From assembly GCA_963666055.2 (NCBI GenBank), contig CAXWPH010000015.1:384001-448000 (forward strand): a stretch of 64,000 nucleotides of DNA. Direction: 5' to 3'. Shown here piece after piece: positions 38,073 through 49,100 of the stretch (within the stretch, counting starts at the first letter, position 1; every line of letters starts with the position of its first letter). The stretch comes from Acidobacteriota bacterium (GTDB lineage Bacteria > Acidobacteriota > UBA890 > WLXD01). The notes beneath the pieces are model-generated. The model did no database searches. It was given only the letters and a program-made list of their open reading frames with translations, and was not told the DNA's origin. A program made the position numbers and the translations under genes.

Positions 38073-40514
38073 ATGGAACCCGGCACCAAACTAGGCCCCT
38101 ACGAGATCACCGAGCAGCTCGGCGCTGGCGGCATGGGAGAAGTGTGGCTGGCGCAGGACACGCGCCTGGGTCGCAAGGTGGCCATCAAGGTGCTGCCTGC
38201 CGAGTTTGCCTCCGACCCCGAGCGCCTGGCCCGCTTCGAGCAGGAGGCTCGTGCTGCCGCTGCGCTGAACCACCCGCACATCGCCTCGGTCTTCGATGTG
38301 GGTATGGAAGACGGCACCCACTTCATGGTGCAGGAGTACCTGGAGGGCGACACGCTTCGGGAGCCGCTACAGAAAGGTGCACTGCCGCTCAAGAAGGCAC
38401 TCGGGTTGGCCACCGAGATCGCCGAGGCGCTGGCTGCTGCACACGCTGCCGGGATCATCCACCGTGATCTGAAGCCGGAGAACATCTTCGTCACCAAGGA
38501 GGGCCACGCCAAGGTGCTGGACTTCGGCCTGGCGAAGCTCACCGAGGTGGCGGGGGCAGGATCACCGGGCGGTGCAACGCAGTCACCCACGATGATGGGG
38601 ACGGTAGCCGGTCAGGTGATGGGTACTGCCGGCTACATGGCCCCGGAACAGGTCGAGGGCTCCGAGGAGATCGACCATAGGGCCGATCTGTTCGCTTTCG
38701 GCTGCGTGCTCTACGAGATGGTGGGCGGCAGGCGGTCCTTTGCCGGCACCAACGTGCACGAGACCCTGGGGCGCATCGTCGACAAGGATCCTGAGCCGCT
38801 GGCGGCGATCGATGCGCGCTTGCCCGTCGAAGTGCAGCGGATCGCCAAGAAGTGCCTGGCCAAAGAACCGGGACGGCGTTACCAGGGGGCAGCTGAGCTG
38901 GTCATCGACTTGCGGGTACTCGAAGCCGATGTCGAGTCGGGCACGGCCATGCCGCTGGGTGGCCAGCCGGTTGTCGCTCCAGCCGTCGTGGAAACGGCTC
39001 GCACTAGCCCATGGAAGTTGGCCGTTCCGCTGGCCGTGGCCAGCGCACTTCTGGCAGCTTTGGGAGTCTGGTTCACGATCCCGTCGCCGCCAGAGTCCGT
39101 CATCACGCGCTTCTACATCGACTATCCACCAGAGACTACTTTCCTGAGCGCTGCCACCCTCGGCGTTGCGATCTCACCCGATGGCAAGTCGGTGGTATTC
39201 AACGCCAACCGGCAGCTTTGGCTCCGAGCGATTGACGATCCTGTAGCCACACCCATCCGTGGCACGGAGCAAGCTAGAGTGCCGTTCTTTTCCCCCGATG
39301 GCCGACAGCTCGGCTTTTGGGGAGGCGACGGCCAGATCAAGAGCGTTTCGATCACCGGTGGTGCTCCGGTGTCGCTGGGGCCAGCGCCTGTGCGAGCCTA
39401 CGGAGCGAGCTGGGCAGATGACGGCTACATCTACTTCGGGCAGGGTGCCGGAGGGATCTTGCGGGTCTCGGACAACGGCGGTGAACCACAGGTAGTCGTT
39501 CAGATGGAAGAGGGCGAGCAAGCCTACGGCCCCCAACTTCTTCCTGGTGGCGAGTGGTTGCTGTTTACGCTGCGGAGCGGGTCCAGCTCGTGGAACGCTG
39601 CGAGCATTGTTGCGCAGCCGGTGTCCGGCGGCGAGCGCAAGCTGCTGGTAACCGGAGGGACCGATGGTCGCTACGTGCCCACCGGCCACATCGTCTACTC
39701 CCTCGAAGGCAACCTTTTCGCGGTGCCCTTCGATGCCAACAGCATGGAGGTTACCGGAGGATCGGTGTCCGTCGTCGAGGAAGTCCAACAAGCAGCCTCC
39801 TACACGGGAGCAGGCCAGTACGCGTTTTCGGATCGCGGTGACTTCGTGTACATGCCGGGAGGTGGTGCTACGAGCGCTTTCCAACTCGCTTGGGCGGATC
39901 GTAACGGCCAGGTCGAGCCGCTGTCCTTCGAGCCGCGTTCGTTTCTCAACTTGGACCTCTCGCCGGATGACCAGCGGATCGCGGTCGAAATCCAGGGAGA
40001 TGATGGGAAGTACGACATCTGGATCTACGAGATCGAACGAGGGGGCAGCCAGGTGCGGCTGACCACGGAGGGCAACAACGAAGCTCCCGTTTGGTCGCCC
40101 GATGGAGAGTGGGTTTTCTTCGTGTCGCATCGGAGTGGCAACTACGACATCTGGAAGCGGCGAGCTGACCGGAGTCTCGACGCCGAGCCAGTGTTGCATA
40201 TGGAGGCTCCCGTGTGGCCTATGTCGATCTCGGCGGACGGTGCGATGCTGTTGTTTAAAAGCGGGGACATCCCGAATAACGACGTGGGGTTACTGGCCCT
40301 CGATACAGATCAGGAGCCGGAAATGCTCGTCGCTACCGCCGCCAGTGAGGGATGGGGCAGTTTCTCGCCGGACGGTCGCTTCTTCGCCTTTTCGTCAAAC
40401 GAGACCGGGCAATACGAGGTGAACGTGCGGGAGGTATCGAGCGGTAGGACATTTCCGAGTACTGTCAAGTTAACTCGAAATCGATCGCTACTGTCAATAC
40501 AGCGACCAGGGTGA
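38073..40514 (+). pseudogene. Ser/Thr kinase - TM - TolB/PD40 propeller (kinase B), 3'-truncated at ~40460
   Basis: Paralogue of kinase A; similarity ends after VREVSSGRTFP; the last propeller blade and the NWFEELK tail are missing. Confidence 0.8.
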
Positions 40515-40815
40515 ACATGGGCTGGCGTCCCAGACCTCTGACGGCGAAGCGAAAGTCCTGCAGTCTGGCTTCCAGCGGTGTCCTGCCTCGGGCGGGGAGT
40601 TGCCGAGCCTGGTCGAGTCGCTCGCGCGGCACAACGAAAAGCAGATCCGCCAAAGCCCGCGCCCAAGCGCGCATCAGTGGAAGGGACTGCCCGGCCGCAC
40701 GATGCTCCGCGACCATGGCATCGAAGGCCGCGGCCATGTCGTCGCCGTATTCCTCGCGCAGACCCCGGGAGCAAATGCGCACCAGGGCACGATAGACACG
40801 ACCGGAACGGGTCAT
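40465..40815 (-). pseudogene. 5' fragment of an ADOP/ABC permease
   Basis: VYRALVR...REEYGDDM...LQDFRFAVRGLGRQPMFTLVAVLTVAI, then an abrupt end. Confidence 0.75.
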
Positions 40816-40973
40816 CGATCTCCACCAGAGTATCCGACGGTGAATATAACCATCAATGAATATATACTGCCGCCGCCGACAATGGAGGTTCCGTCCAAAG
40901 ACTGGATCTCTTTCTCTGTGCCGCAGACGCAAGATCGGGCGTCAATTCACCACTGCGGAGTGTCTCCGGGCGG

Positions 40974-42344
40974 TCACGGGCGCCCGACGACCAGGATCTT
41001 CAGATCGTTCACATTGGTGCCGGTATCCCCTGTCACCACCGCGGCTGACAGCCGTCGCAAGGCGGCGCCGGCGTCGTGGGCACGAAGATACTCGGGGAGA
41101 TCGAGCCCCATCCGGCGCGCCTCGCCGGCCACCGATCCATCGACCAGTCCACCGGCCAGGTCCGTCGGCCCGTCCGTTCCGTCGCTGTCGATGCCCACGA
41201 CGGCCACATCGCTCAAGCCGCCGATCCCGATGGCAGCGCTCAGCGCGAATTCCTGGTTGGGCCCGCCTTCGCCTGCCGGGCCGTCGATGCGGACAGTGGT
41301 CTCGCCGCCGCCGATGACAACGCATGGTGGGCGCGCAGGCCGACCGTTGTGGCAGATCTCCTTGGCGATGGCGGCGAACCTGTGGCCGATTTCAGCACTC
41401 TCGCCCTCGAGCGTGGTCGATAGGATGATCGTCTCGTAACCCAGGGTCTCGGCCCGCTGGGCCGCGCCAACGCAGGCGCGGTCGCCCGGCACCACCACGA
41501 GGCTCTGCGTCGGTCGATCCGCGAAGTCCTCTGGCTTTGGTGTTTCCTGATCCACGCCGGCGTTGCGCAGGTAGGCCGCCACAGAGGCCGGCACCCGTGA
41601 CCAGAGCCCGTAGCTGTCCAGCGTTGCCCTCGCGTCCGCCAACGTCGACGTGTCCGGTACGGTGGGATCGGTGATGCAGTCGAGAGCGTCTCCAATAACG
41701 TCGGAGACGGTGAGATTGATTAGCGGTGCTTGCGCCGGCATGCGCAGCGCTAGACGGCCTCCCTTTACGCGGCTGATGTGCTTTCGAACCGCGTTTATCT
41801 CGGTAATCTTGGCACCGCAGGTGAGCAGGGCATGGCTCGTTTCCTGCTTGTCATGCAGGGAAATCCCGCCCGCCGGATCGACGAACAGCGACGAGCTCCC
41901 ACCGGTGAAGCAGGCGATGACGAGGTCTTGGGGTTTGACGCGGTCGAGCAAGGCTTTCGTCTGTAGTGCTCCTAGCCGTGAGGCCTCGTCGGGCACCGGA
42001 TGGGCGGCAAAATGCTGTGGGATATGTTGCAGCTGTGCTTCCGCGCCGTGCTTGCCGACTACCAGACCGCCGCTGATTCTGTTCTCTAGCAGCTCTTCCA
42101 GGGCGCGGGCGATCGGCAAGCTGGCCTTGCCAGCTCCCACAACGAAGATTCGCCGGTCGGAGGCGATTTCGTAGCTCCGCTCGGCCACGGCCAGGTTGCG
42201 GCCATCGAATGAGATCAGCGCCTTGGTCGCTTCATACGGGTCCGCGGCGGCCAGGCCGTGACTAGCGATATCCAGGGCGACTCGCCGCAAATCGGCGATA
42301 CCGTGGCCTATCAGCTCTTCGGCGTTGCGAAAACCCGACCACAC
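40974..42344 (-). CDS. Glycerate 2-kinase type-2 (DUF4147/MOFRL) family protein
   Basis: GAGKAS, AAHPVPD, INAVRKHISRVKGG, GGETTV, GGPNQE, DSDGTDG, TGTNVND. Confidence 0.9.
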   Translation of the reverse strand: MWSGFRNAEELIGHGIADLRRVALDIASHGLAAADPYEATKALISFDGRNLAVAERSYEIASDRRIFVVGAGKASLPIARALEELLENRISGGLVVGKHGAEAQLQHIPQHFAAHPVPDEASRLGALQTKALLDRVKPQDLVIACFTGGSSSLFVDPAGGISLHDKQETSHALLTCGAKITEINAVRKHISRVKGGRLALRMPAQAPLINLTVSDVIGDALDCITDPTVPDTSTLADARATLDSYGLWSRVPASVAAYLRNAGVDQETPKPEDFADRPTQSLVVVPGDRACVGAAQRAETLGYETIILSTTLEGESAEIGHRFAAIAKEICHNGRPARPPCVVIGGGETTVRIDGPAGEGGPNQEFALSAAIGIGGLSDVAVVGIDSDGTDGPTDLAGGLVDGSVAGEARRMGLDLPEYLRAHDAGAALRRLSAAVVTGDTGTNVNDLKILVVGRP

Positions 42345-42377
42345 GGACAGCCTCCCCCGGGGCGATCGCGCCGCCGC

Positions 42378-43670
42378 CTATATCGGACGCCGGAAATCGT
42401 GTCCGGCGTAGCGGGCGACCGCGCCCAGCTCCTCCTCGATCTGTAGCAAGCGATTGTGTTTGGCGGTGCGCTCGCCGCGGATTGGCATGCCGGTCTTGAT
42501 CTGGCCGCTGTCGAGGCCCACCGCCAGGTCGGCGATGATCGGGTCCTCGGTCTCGCCGGAACGCTCGGAGACCTGGACGCCGTAGCCGCTGCGGTAGGCG
42601 AACTCCGCCGCGTCCCAAGCCTCGCTCAGGGAACCGATCTGGTTCACCTTGAACAGCATCGCGTTGGCGGCGTTCACAGCAACCCCCTGTTTGAGGCGCT
42701 CGACGTTAGTGACGAAAAGATCGTCACCCACGATTTGGGTCCCTGGCAGTTCCCTGGTCAACTTGGCGAAGCCCTCCATGTCGTCCTCGTCGAGCGGGTC
42801 CTCTATCGAGCCCAACGGATACTTCGCGGCCACCTGCTTATAGAGCTCGATCAAGGCGTCCCGATCGTACTTCTGGTCGCTCAACTCGTAGAGCCCAGCC
42901 ACTTTGTCGAACCAGTGGCTGGCGGCGCAATCGAGACCGTAGATGATGTCCTCGCCGAAGCCCACTTTGTAACCCGCATTCTCGCAGGCGCGCTGCACGA
43001 ACTCGAAGGGCTCCCAAATGCCATGCATCGGGGTCGCAAAGCCCCCTTCGTCGCCAGTATTGGTTGCCAAGATCCCGTACTTCTTGATCACAACATCGCG
43101 CAGAGCCTCGTTGATCTCGGTGGTGATCTGCAAGGCATGACGGTAAGTCTCTGCCCCAACCGGGATGATGATGAACTCTTGAATTTCTAGCTCGTTCGCG
43201 GTCAGCTTTCCGCCGTTGAGGCAGTTCATCAGCGGCACCGGCAGAACGTGCGCAGTCGGACGCAGGTAGCGGTAGAGGGGCACGCCGCACACGTTCGCCG
43301 CCGCACGCGCCACTGCCAGCGACACGCCGACGATCGCGTTTGCCCCTAACCGGCTCTTGTCGGGCGTTCCGTCGAGCCCGCACATAGCGACATCGATCTT
43401 CCGTTGATCGGTAACGTCCATGCCGCGCACGAGTTCTGCGATCTCGCCGTTCACGTTGGCCACCGCTTTCAGTACGCCCTGTCCGGAATACCGGTCAGGT
43501 TCGCCGTCCAACAGCACGTGCGCCTCGTGAGTGCCGGTCGAGCGCCCCTGCGGTACGTCGGCGCGCCCGGCGAGCGTTCCGTCCACCCAGATGTCGGCTT
43601 GGACGGTGGGCCAACCGCGACAGTCGATGATCTCTCGGGCCTTCGCGTCAGTGATTTTGAACCTGCCCAC
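42378..43670 (-). CDS. eno: Enolase homologue (divergent active site)
   Basis: AREIIDCRGWPT, LGANAI, GDEGG, IEDP, GDDLFVTN, KVNQIG, RSGETED, QIKTG. Confidence 0.85.
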   Translation of the reverse strand: MGRFKITDAKAREIIDCRGWPTVQADIWVDGTLAGRADVPQGRSTGTHEAHVLLDGEPDRYSGQGVLKAVANVNGEIAELVRGMDVTDQRKIDVAMCGLDGTPDKSRLGANAIVGVSLAVARAAANVCGVPLYRYLRPTAHVLPVPLMNCLNGGKLTANELEIQEFIIIPVGAETYRHALQITTEINEALRDVVIKKYGILATNTGDEGGFATPMHGIWEPFEFVQRACENAGYKVGFGEDIIYGLDCAASHWFDKVAGLYELSDQKYDRDALIELYKQVAAKYPLGSIEDPLDEDDMEGFAKLTRELPGTQIVGDDLFVTNVERLKQGVAVNAANAMLFKVNQIGSLSEAWDAAEFAYRSGYGVQVSERSGETEDPIIADLAVGLDSGQIKTGMPIRGERTAKHNRLLQIEEELGAVARYAGHDFRRPI

Positions 43671-43825
43671 ACTTCCTCCAATGGTCTTGAAACACCATGA
43701 ATGTACCTTGATTCGCTGGCCCAGCGGATACCACTATGATCTTCGACGTCGATGGAAACCTGCCACCATTCGACGGGCCGATGGGCCCAGGCCAACTCCA
43801 CAAGGGGCGCATAACCGAGACTCAA

Positions 43826-45326
43826 ATGGCCGACCCACTCCAGCCCACAGCGGCAAGGGAAGCCACGACGCTCGATACCGAGTTCAAGCGGGGACTCGGT
43901 CTCTTCGATTCCACCATGATCGTCGTCGGCTCGATGATCGGCTCGGGCATCTTCCTCGTATCTCCCGATATGGCCCGGCTGCTGGGAAGCCCTGGCTGGC
44001 TCTTGGTCGCGTGGGCCATCGCCGGCGTCCTGACGGTCGCGGCGGCCCTCCTACGGAGAGCTCGCCGCCATGATGCCGCGGGCCGGTGGTCAGTATGTCT
44101 ACATCCGCGAAGCGTTCTCGCCGCTGCTCGCTTTCCTGTACGGGTGGACGCTCTTCCTGGTCATCCAGACCGGCCTGATCGCGGCGGTCGGAGTTGCGTT
44201 CGCTCGCTACTCCCAATGGCTCTGGCCCTGGATCTCAGAGGAACGCTACATCATCCCGCCACTCCACCTGTCCACACGATATGCGGTCTCTTTGTCGACC
44301 GCCCAGTTGGTTGGCATAGGCATGATCGCCTTCATCACCTGGACCAATACGCGTGGCCTCAAGTACGGAAAACTCGTCCAGAACGTATTCACCACCACCA
44401 AGACAGTTGCGCTGGTGGCGCTCATCTTCGTTGGTGTAACGCTCGGCTGGAGAGCTGGTGGCGGCGGGGTGAACTTCACCGACCTCTGGACGCCGCGTGG
44501 AGAGGTCTCCATCGTCCCCGGCTTGACGGCGGCGACGACCTACGGCCTGTTCATCGCGGTCTGCGTGGCGCAGGTCGGATCGCTGTTCGCCGCGGATGCC
44601 TGGAACAACATCACCTTCACCGCCGGCGAAGTGAAGAACCCGCGCCGCAACCTCCCCCTGTCGTTGGCCCTCGGCACCACCATCGTGATCGCCCTGTACA
44701 TCCTGACGAACGTTGCCTACCTGGCAACGCTCCCCATCGAGCAGATTCAGACCGCACCGTCGGACCGCGTGGCCACGGCGACCATCGAAGCCATTTTCCC
44801 CGGTTTGGGCGTCGTTTTGATGTCGATTGGCATCATGATCTCGACGTTTGGATGCAACAACGGGCACATACTGTCGGGGGCGCGAGCCTACTACGCTATG
44901 GCTCGCGATGGCCTGTTCTTCGCGGTGGCGGGCCGCCTCAATAAGCAGAAGGTGCCGGCGGCAGCCCTCGTGCTCCAGGGCCTCTGGGCAGCCACGCTCA
45001 TCCTGCCGAGAACTTTCGACCCAAATACCGGCACCTACGGCAACCTCTACAACAACCTGCTCGACTACATCGTCTCGGCCTCCCTGCTCTTCTACATCTT
45101 GACCATCGCTGGTCTATTTCGTCTCCGCCGCACCCGTCCCGACGCGGAGCGGCCGTACCGCGCCTTCGGCTACCCGATCGTGCCAATCGTCTACATGGCG
45201 GGCGCGGCCACCCTTGTGGTGGTTCTTTTCACCTACCGGACCTCCACGACGTGGCCGGGCCTGATCATCGTGCTCCTCGGCGTCCCGGTCTACTTCGTGT
45301 GGCGGCGCCGCCATGGTCGGGGCTAG
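43826..45326 (+). CDS. APC family amino acid permease; 2-nt frameshift at ~44050
   Basis: IVVGSMIGSGIF, (Y)GELAAMMPRAGGQYVY, GEVKNPRRNLP, ERPYRAFGYP. Confidence 0.85.
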
Positions 45327-45601
45327 CAGACCGTGGTGAAAGTGTGGTGGGTCTGGCGACAGGGTCTTGCGAAGTGGAGGCAAGGAGAGAGGAGGAGGCG
45401 ATGGTTACCCCATCGTTGACGAGGAACGACGCAGCATGCGCGCGCAACCCCCTGTCGCCCGAAGGGTTACGGCGATTTGGGGCCATCTGCGGCGTTGGCC
45501 CTCCTGGACGATACAGCAAGCATCGCCTGCGTCGCGTCGCCTTGCATCTGGCCCCACGACGCCATAACCAGACCCACCAGAGTTTTTCAGCACCCTGTTA
45601 A
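45323..45601. mobile_element. 279-bp MITE-like element, copy 2 (inverted, one variant end)
   Basis: CTAG...TTAA flanks; reverse complement of copies 1 and 3; contains the TAG stop of the APC permease. Confidence 0.9.
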
Positions 45602-45699
45602 TGGTTAGGACGGGTACGCTTAACACCTAGCTCGGGCCGCGCCGGGACTGACTCTGTCTCTATCCTGGAGTCCTCTGGCGCCCCATTCGGGAGATTCTC

Positions 45700-47151
45700 A
45701 TGAGACTCCGAGCTGTTGTCGTCCGTGTTGCCCTGCTGACCTTGATCGCTTCGCCGTCGCAGGCGCAGACCGTCGACCCCAGCCTGGCGCTCTTCTTCCA
45801 GGCCGCCTCTCCGGACCAGGGCACCTCCGAAGACGCGCTCGAGGAGATCGGCAAGCACTGGAAGAACGGCTACGCAGCGCTCCTGCTCGACTGGATGCGT
45901 TTCCTGCCGTCGAGCGAGCGTGGCGACAACGCCCCCGGGCTGGGTGCCCGTGGCCAGCAGGAGCCCGACGATCCCGAGTTCTCCAACAGCCACGACCCGC
46001 GCGTGCAGACGCGCGAGCGCATCCTGAAGTTCCTCGAGAGGCAGACCGGACAGAAGCACGGCGAAGATCTCGACGCATGGCGCCACTGGATGTGGGCCCA
46101 ACCGTACGACACCCATGCCCAGATCAGTACGTTCAAGGCCAACCTCTACGGCAGCGTCGACCAGGCGTTCCGTAAGTTCTTTCGAGGTACGTCGGCGGTG
46201 CGCATCGACGAGATCGATTGGGGCGGCGTGCGGGTAGCGGGCATCCCGGCGCTCGACCACCCGCCGTTGGTTTCGGCGGCCGAGGCTTCGTACCTGGACG
46301 ACGACGACATCGTGTTCGGGCTGTATATCAACGGCCATGCGCGCGCCTATCCCAAGCGCATCCTAGCCTGGCACGAGCTCGCGTGGGACACCGTCGGCGA
46401 CCTGGAGATCACGTTGGTGTACTGCACCCTCTGCGGCGTGGTGATCCCATACAAGAGCGAGGTGGGCGGACAGGTGGTCAAACTCGACACTTCCGGTCTG
46501 CTGTTCCGTTCCAACAAGCTCCTATTCGACGAGCCGTCATCAACGCTCTGGTCAAGCATCACCGGCGAACCGCTGGTTGGCAGCATGGTTGGGAGCGGCG
46601 TGCGCCTCAGCCCCCTGCCGGTGGTGACCACAACCTGGCGTGACTGGCGCGCATCGAATCCGCATACGACCGTGCTGTCAGTGGACACCGGCTTCGAGCG
46701 GGATTACGGCGAGGGCGTGGCCTACGCGGACTACTTCGCCACCGACGAGTTGATGTTCGAGGTATCAAATCGAGACTCGCGGCTCAAGAACAAGGACGAG
46801 GTGCTGGCGGTGCGCTTCCCCGGTGGTGACGGCAATCAGGCGCTGGCGATCTCGACCGATTTTCTGCGACGCAACCGATTGTTCCATACCAGTTTTGCCG
46901 GGCGCGACCTGCTGGTAGTCACCAGCGAGGACGGCGCCAACCGGCTCTACGCTTCGCCGGCCGTGAAGCTCGTGCGCTTCCTCGACGGCAACCGCATTGA
47001 GGACGAGCAGGGCAACTTGTGGGAAGCGCGCGAAGATCGGCTGGTGCCCTTGGCCACTCCCGCGGAGGCGCTGCCGCGCCTGAATGCCTTTCGGGCCTTC
47101 TGGTTCGGGTGGTATGCGCAATACCCGGAAACGGAGTTGATCGCGAGCTAG
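45700..47151 (+). CDS. DUF3179 domain protein, secreted
   Basis: WGGVRVAGIPALD, RAYPKRILAWHE, YCTLC, SGLLFRSNKL, FWFGW. Confidence 0.85.
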   Translation: MRLRAVVVRVALLTLIASPSQAQTVDPSLALFFQAASPDQGTSEDALEEIGKHWKNGYAALLLDWMRFLPSSERGDNAPGLGARGQQEPDDPEFSNSHDPRVQTRERILKFLERQTGQKHGEDLDAWRHWMWAQPYDTHAQISTFKANLYGSVDQAFRKFFRGTSAVRIDEIDWGGVRVAGIPALDHPPLVSAAEASYLDDDDIVFGLYINGHARAYPKRILAWHELAWDTVGDLEITLVYCTLCGVVIPYKSEVGGQVVKLDTSGLLFRSNKLLFDEPSSTLWSSITGEPLVGSMVGSGVRLSPLPVVTTTWRDWRASNPHTTVLSVDTGFERDYGEGVAYADYFATDELMFEVSNRDSRLKNKDEVLAVRFPGGDGNQALAISTDFLRRNRLFHTSFAGRDLLVVTSEDGANRLYASPAVKLVRFLDGNRIEDEQGNLWEAREDRLVPLATPAEALPRLNAFRAFWFGWYAQYPETELIAS

Positions 47152-47330
47152 TGCCCTTCCGTCTCGCCATCGACCACTCCACTCTTCGGTACCTTTGGTC
47201 GTCGGTCGAAACGCCGACTCAGCCGCCGCCTGAACGTTCCGATACGCAAGTCAGAGGCTATCCCTTGCTTGCAGCAGGGCCGCATGACTACAGTCCGTTC
47301 TGGGGTCGTTTCGAGTGGAGGTACCGTTCG

Positions 47331-48554
47331 ATGGCCGTGCGCCAAGTGCGGGGTCGACATCGCCGCAAGATCCTGTTCGCGAGCATGATGCCGGGAGTGA
47401 TCATCGGTGTCCCGCTGGCGATGTTGCTGGTTTCCGAGCTCCAATCACTGGGTCGCTTGGAGCAGGCATCGAGACAGGTGCTGACGCAGACCGGCGTGCG
47501 CGTCGCCGACGAGCTGGCGAGGGCGATTCGACGAGATCTCACGACCATGTATAGCGAGGTTCTGGACGCGATTCCACGCGTCGCCTTGCGTCGAGGGGAC
47601 CTGGAGAAGATCCGCTCTCTCGTGGACACAATCCGCGATCCCGTCGCGCTGGGTACCTTCTTCGTGGGTATGGCGTCGGCGAAAGCGGAAGCGTCCGGTG
47701 AAGCGACCCCCTACTCGGTTCTGTTCGCCGGGCCGGAGCCGTTCGATGGGCCCGAGAATCCTCGGCTTGGTGCGCCGACCGCGTTCGGCAGGCCTGCTGC
47801 CATCCAACCACCCGCTGCACCGAGCCGCCTGGGGTTCCACACCGACCCGGAGCTCGCCAAGGCCGTGGCCGCGCGCATCGAGCACATCGAGGCGACCGGG
47901 ATCTCGGAGGGTTGCGGCTTCGTTTCAGTCAGAGGCCAGGATCACCTTGTCGTCGTACGCCTGGTGTATTCGGATCCGACGCGCACCCGAGTCGATCGGT
48001 TCGTCGGATTCGCCGTCCCCGTCAAACAGCTTGCCTCACAGTACTTGCCCAGCCTGGCGGCCCAGATTCGCGGATCGGAAGCCCTCTTCTCAACCGACCA
48101 ACCACTGGAGGTCTCGATCTTCGACGCGAGCGGCACCGAGACCTATCGAACCGGCCCGTCGTTGGTCGGCAGCTACGTCCATCAGGCAGCGTTTCCAATG
48201 TTGCTGCTCGGCGACGACCACCTGCTAGCCAACCCCGACGACCACCAGCCCGTGCCTGTCTGGGTCGTTCGCACTGGCTATCCGGGGACCGATCCGGCGG
48301 AGCTAGCAAGGAGCAGCACTAATCAGCAACGTCAGGTGCTGTTTCTGGTGACCGTGGTCGCCGCGGTCGGCGTCGTCCTGTCGGGGCGCGCCGTCGCCCG
48401 CGAGCTCGGCGTCGCCGAACTCAAGAAGGAGTTCGTGTCCAGCGTCTCGCACGACCTGAAGACGCCGCTGGCGTCGATCCAGGTTCTTGCCGACACCCCA
48501 GCTCTCGCAGCAACTCGGTGTCCTGGGGAGTTTGATCAAGGCCTTTCTGGATGA
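47331..48554 (+). pseudogene. Sensor histidine kinase truncated after the H-box
   Basis: Two TM segments, then EFVSSVSHDLKTPLASIQ; no HATPase domain follows. Confidence 0.75.
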
Positions 48555-48575
48555 GCGCCCTGGCAGCGGCGGCAT

Positions 48576-48965
48576 GTCGATGACGGCGGCATCGTGACGC
48601 TGCTCGACCCGGACAGCGGCGAGGTGCTCCACCGCGGCCGTCTCTACGATGCGGTCGAGAGCTACTTCGCCTCGCCGGTCGCCGGCGACGGCAAAATCTT
48701 CATGGTCAGCGAGGCATGCAAGGTGGCGGTGCTGAGGCCAGGCCCCACCCTCGACATCCTCGCAGTCAACGACCTCGACGACATCTGTTTCGCAACCCCG
48801 GCTATCGACGAGAATCACATCTACGTGCGCACCCGCAGCGCGCTGCACGCGTTCGCCGTGCCCGCGCCGGCGGGGCCGGCGGGGTCGAGTCAACAGCTGT
48901 CGGGTGCGGCGACAGCGATCGGCGGCAGGATCAGCAGACGAACATGGCCACAAGCGCTGCGATAA
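48576..48965 (+). pseudogene. 3' fragment of a PQQ-like propeller gene
   Basis: DDGGIVTLLD...YFASPVAGDGKIF...LAVNDL...ATPAI...YVRT. Confidence 0.7.
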
Positions 48966-49100
48966 TCGACTCGCCGGCGCCGCGTGGGCACCGCCTGAGG
49001 AAAGGGTCGGCGCCCACATGATCGGCAGCAGACTTCGATGCAATGAACGGCGAACTCTAACCGTTCGATACCATCTCGCCGCAGTCGCGCAGCCGATGAC

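Noticed and set aside
44045-44056. Frameshift in the APC permease
   Set aside because: Loss of one TC unit (CTCTCC to CTCC) explains it, and the gene is otherwise intact.
45700-47151. DUF3179 as a third selenoprotein
   Set aside because: There is no in-frame TGA; the motif is YCTLC, with Cys.
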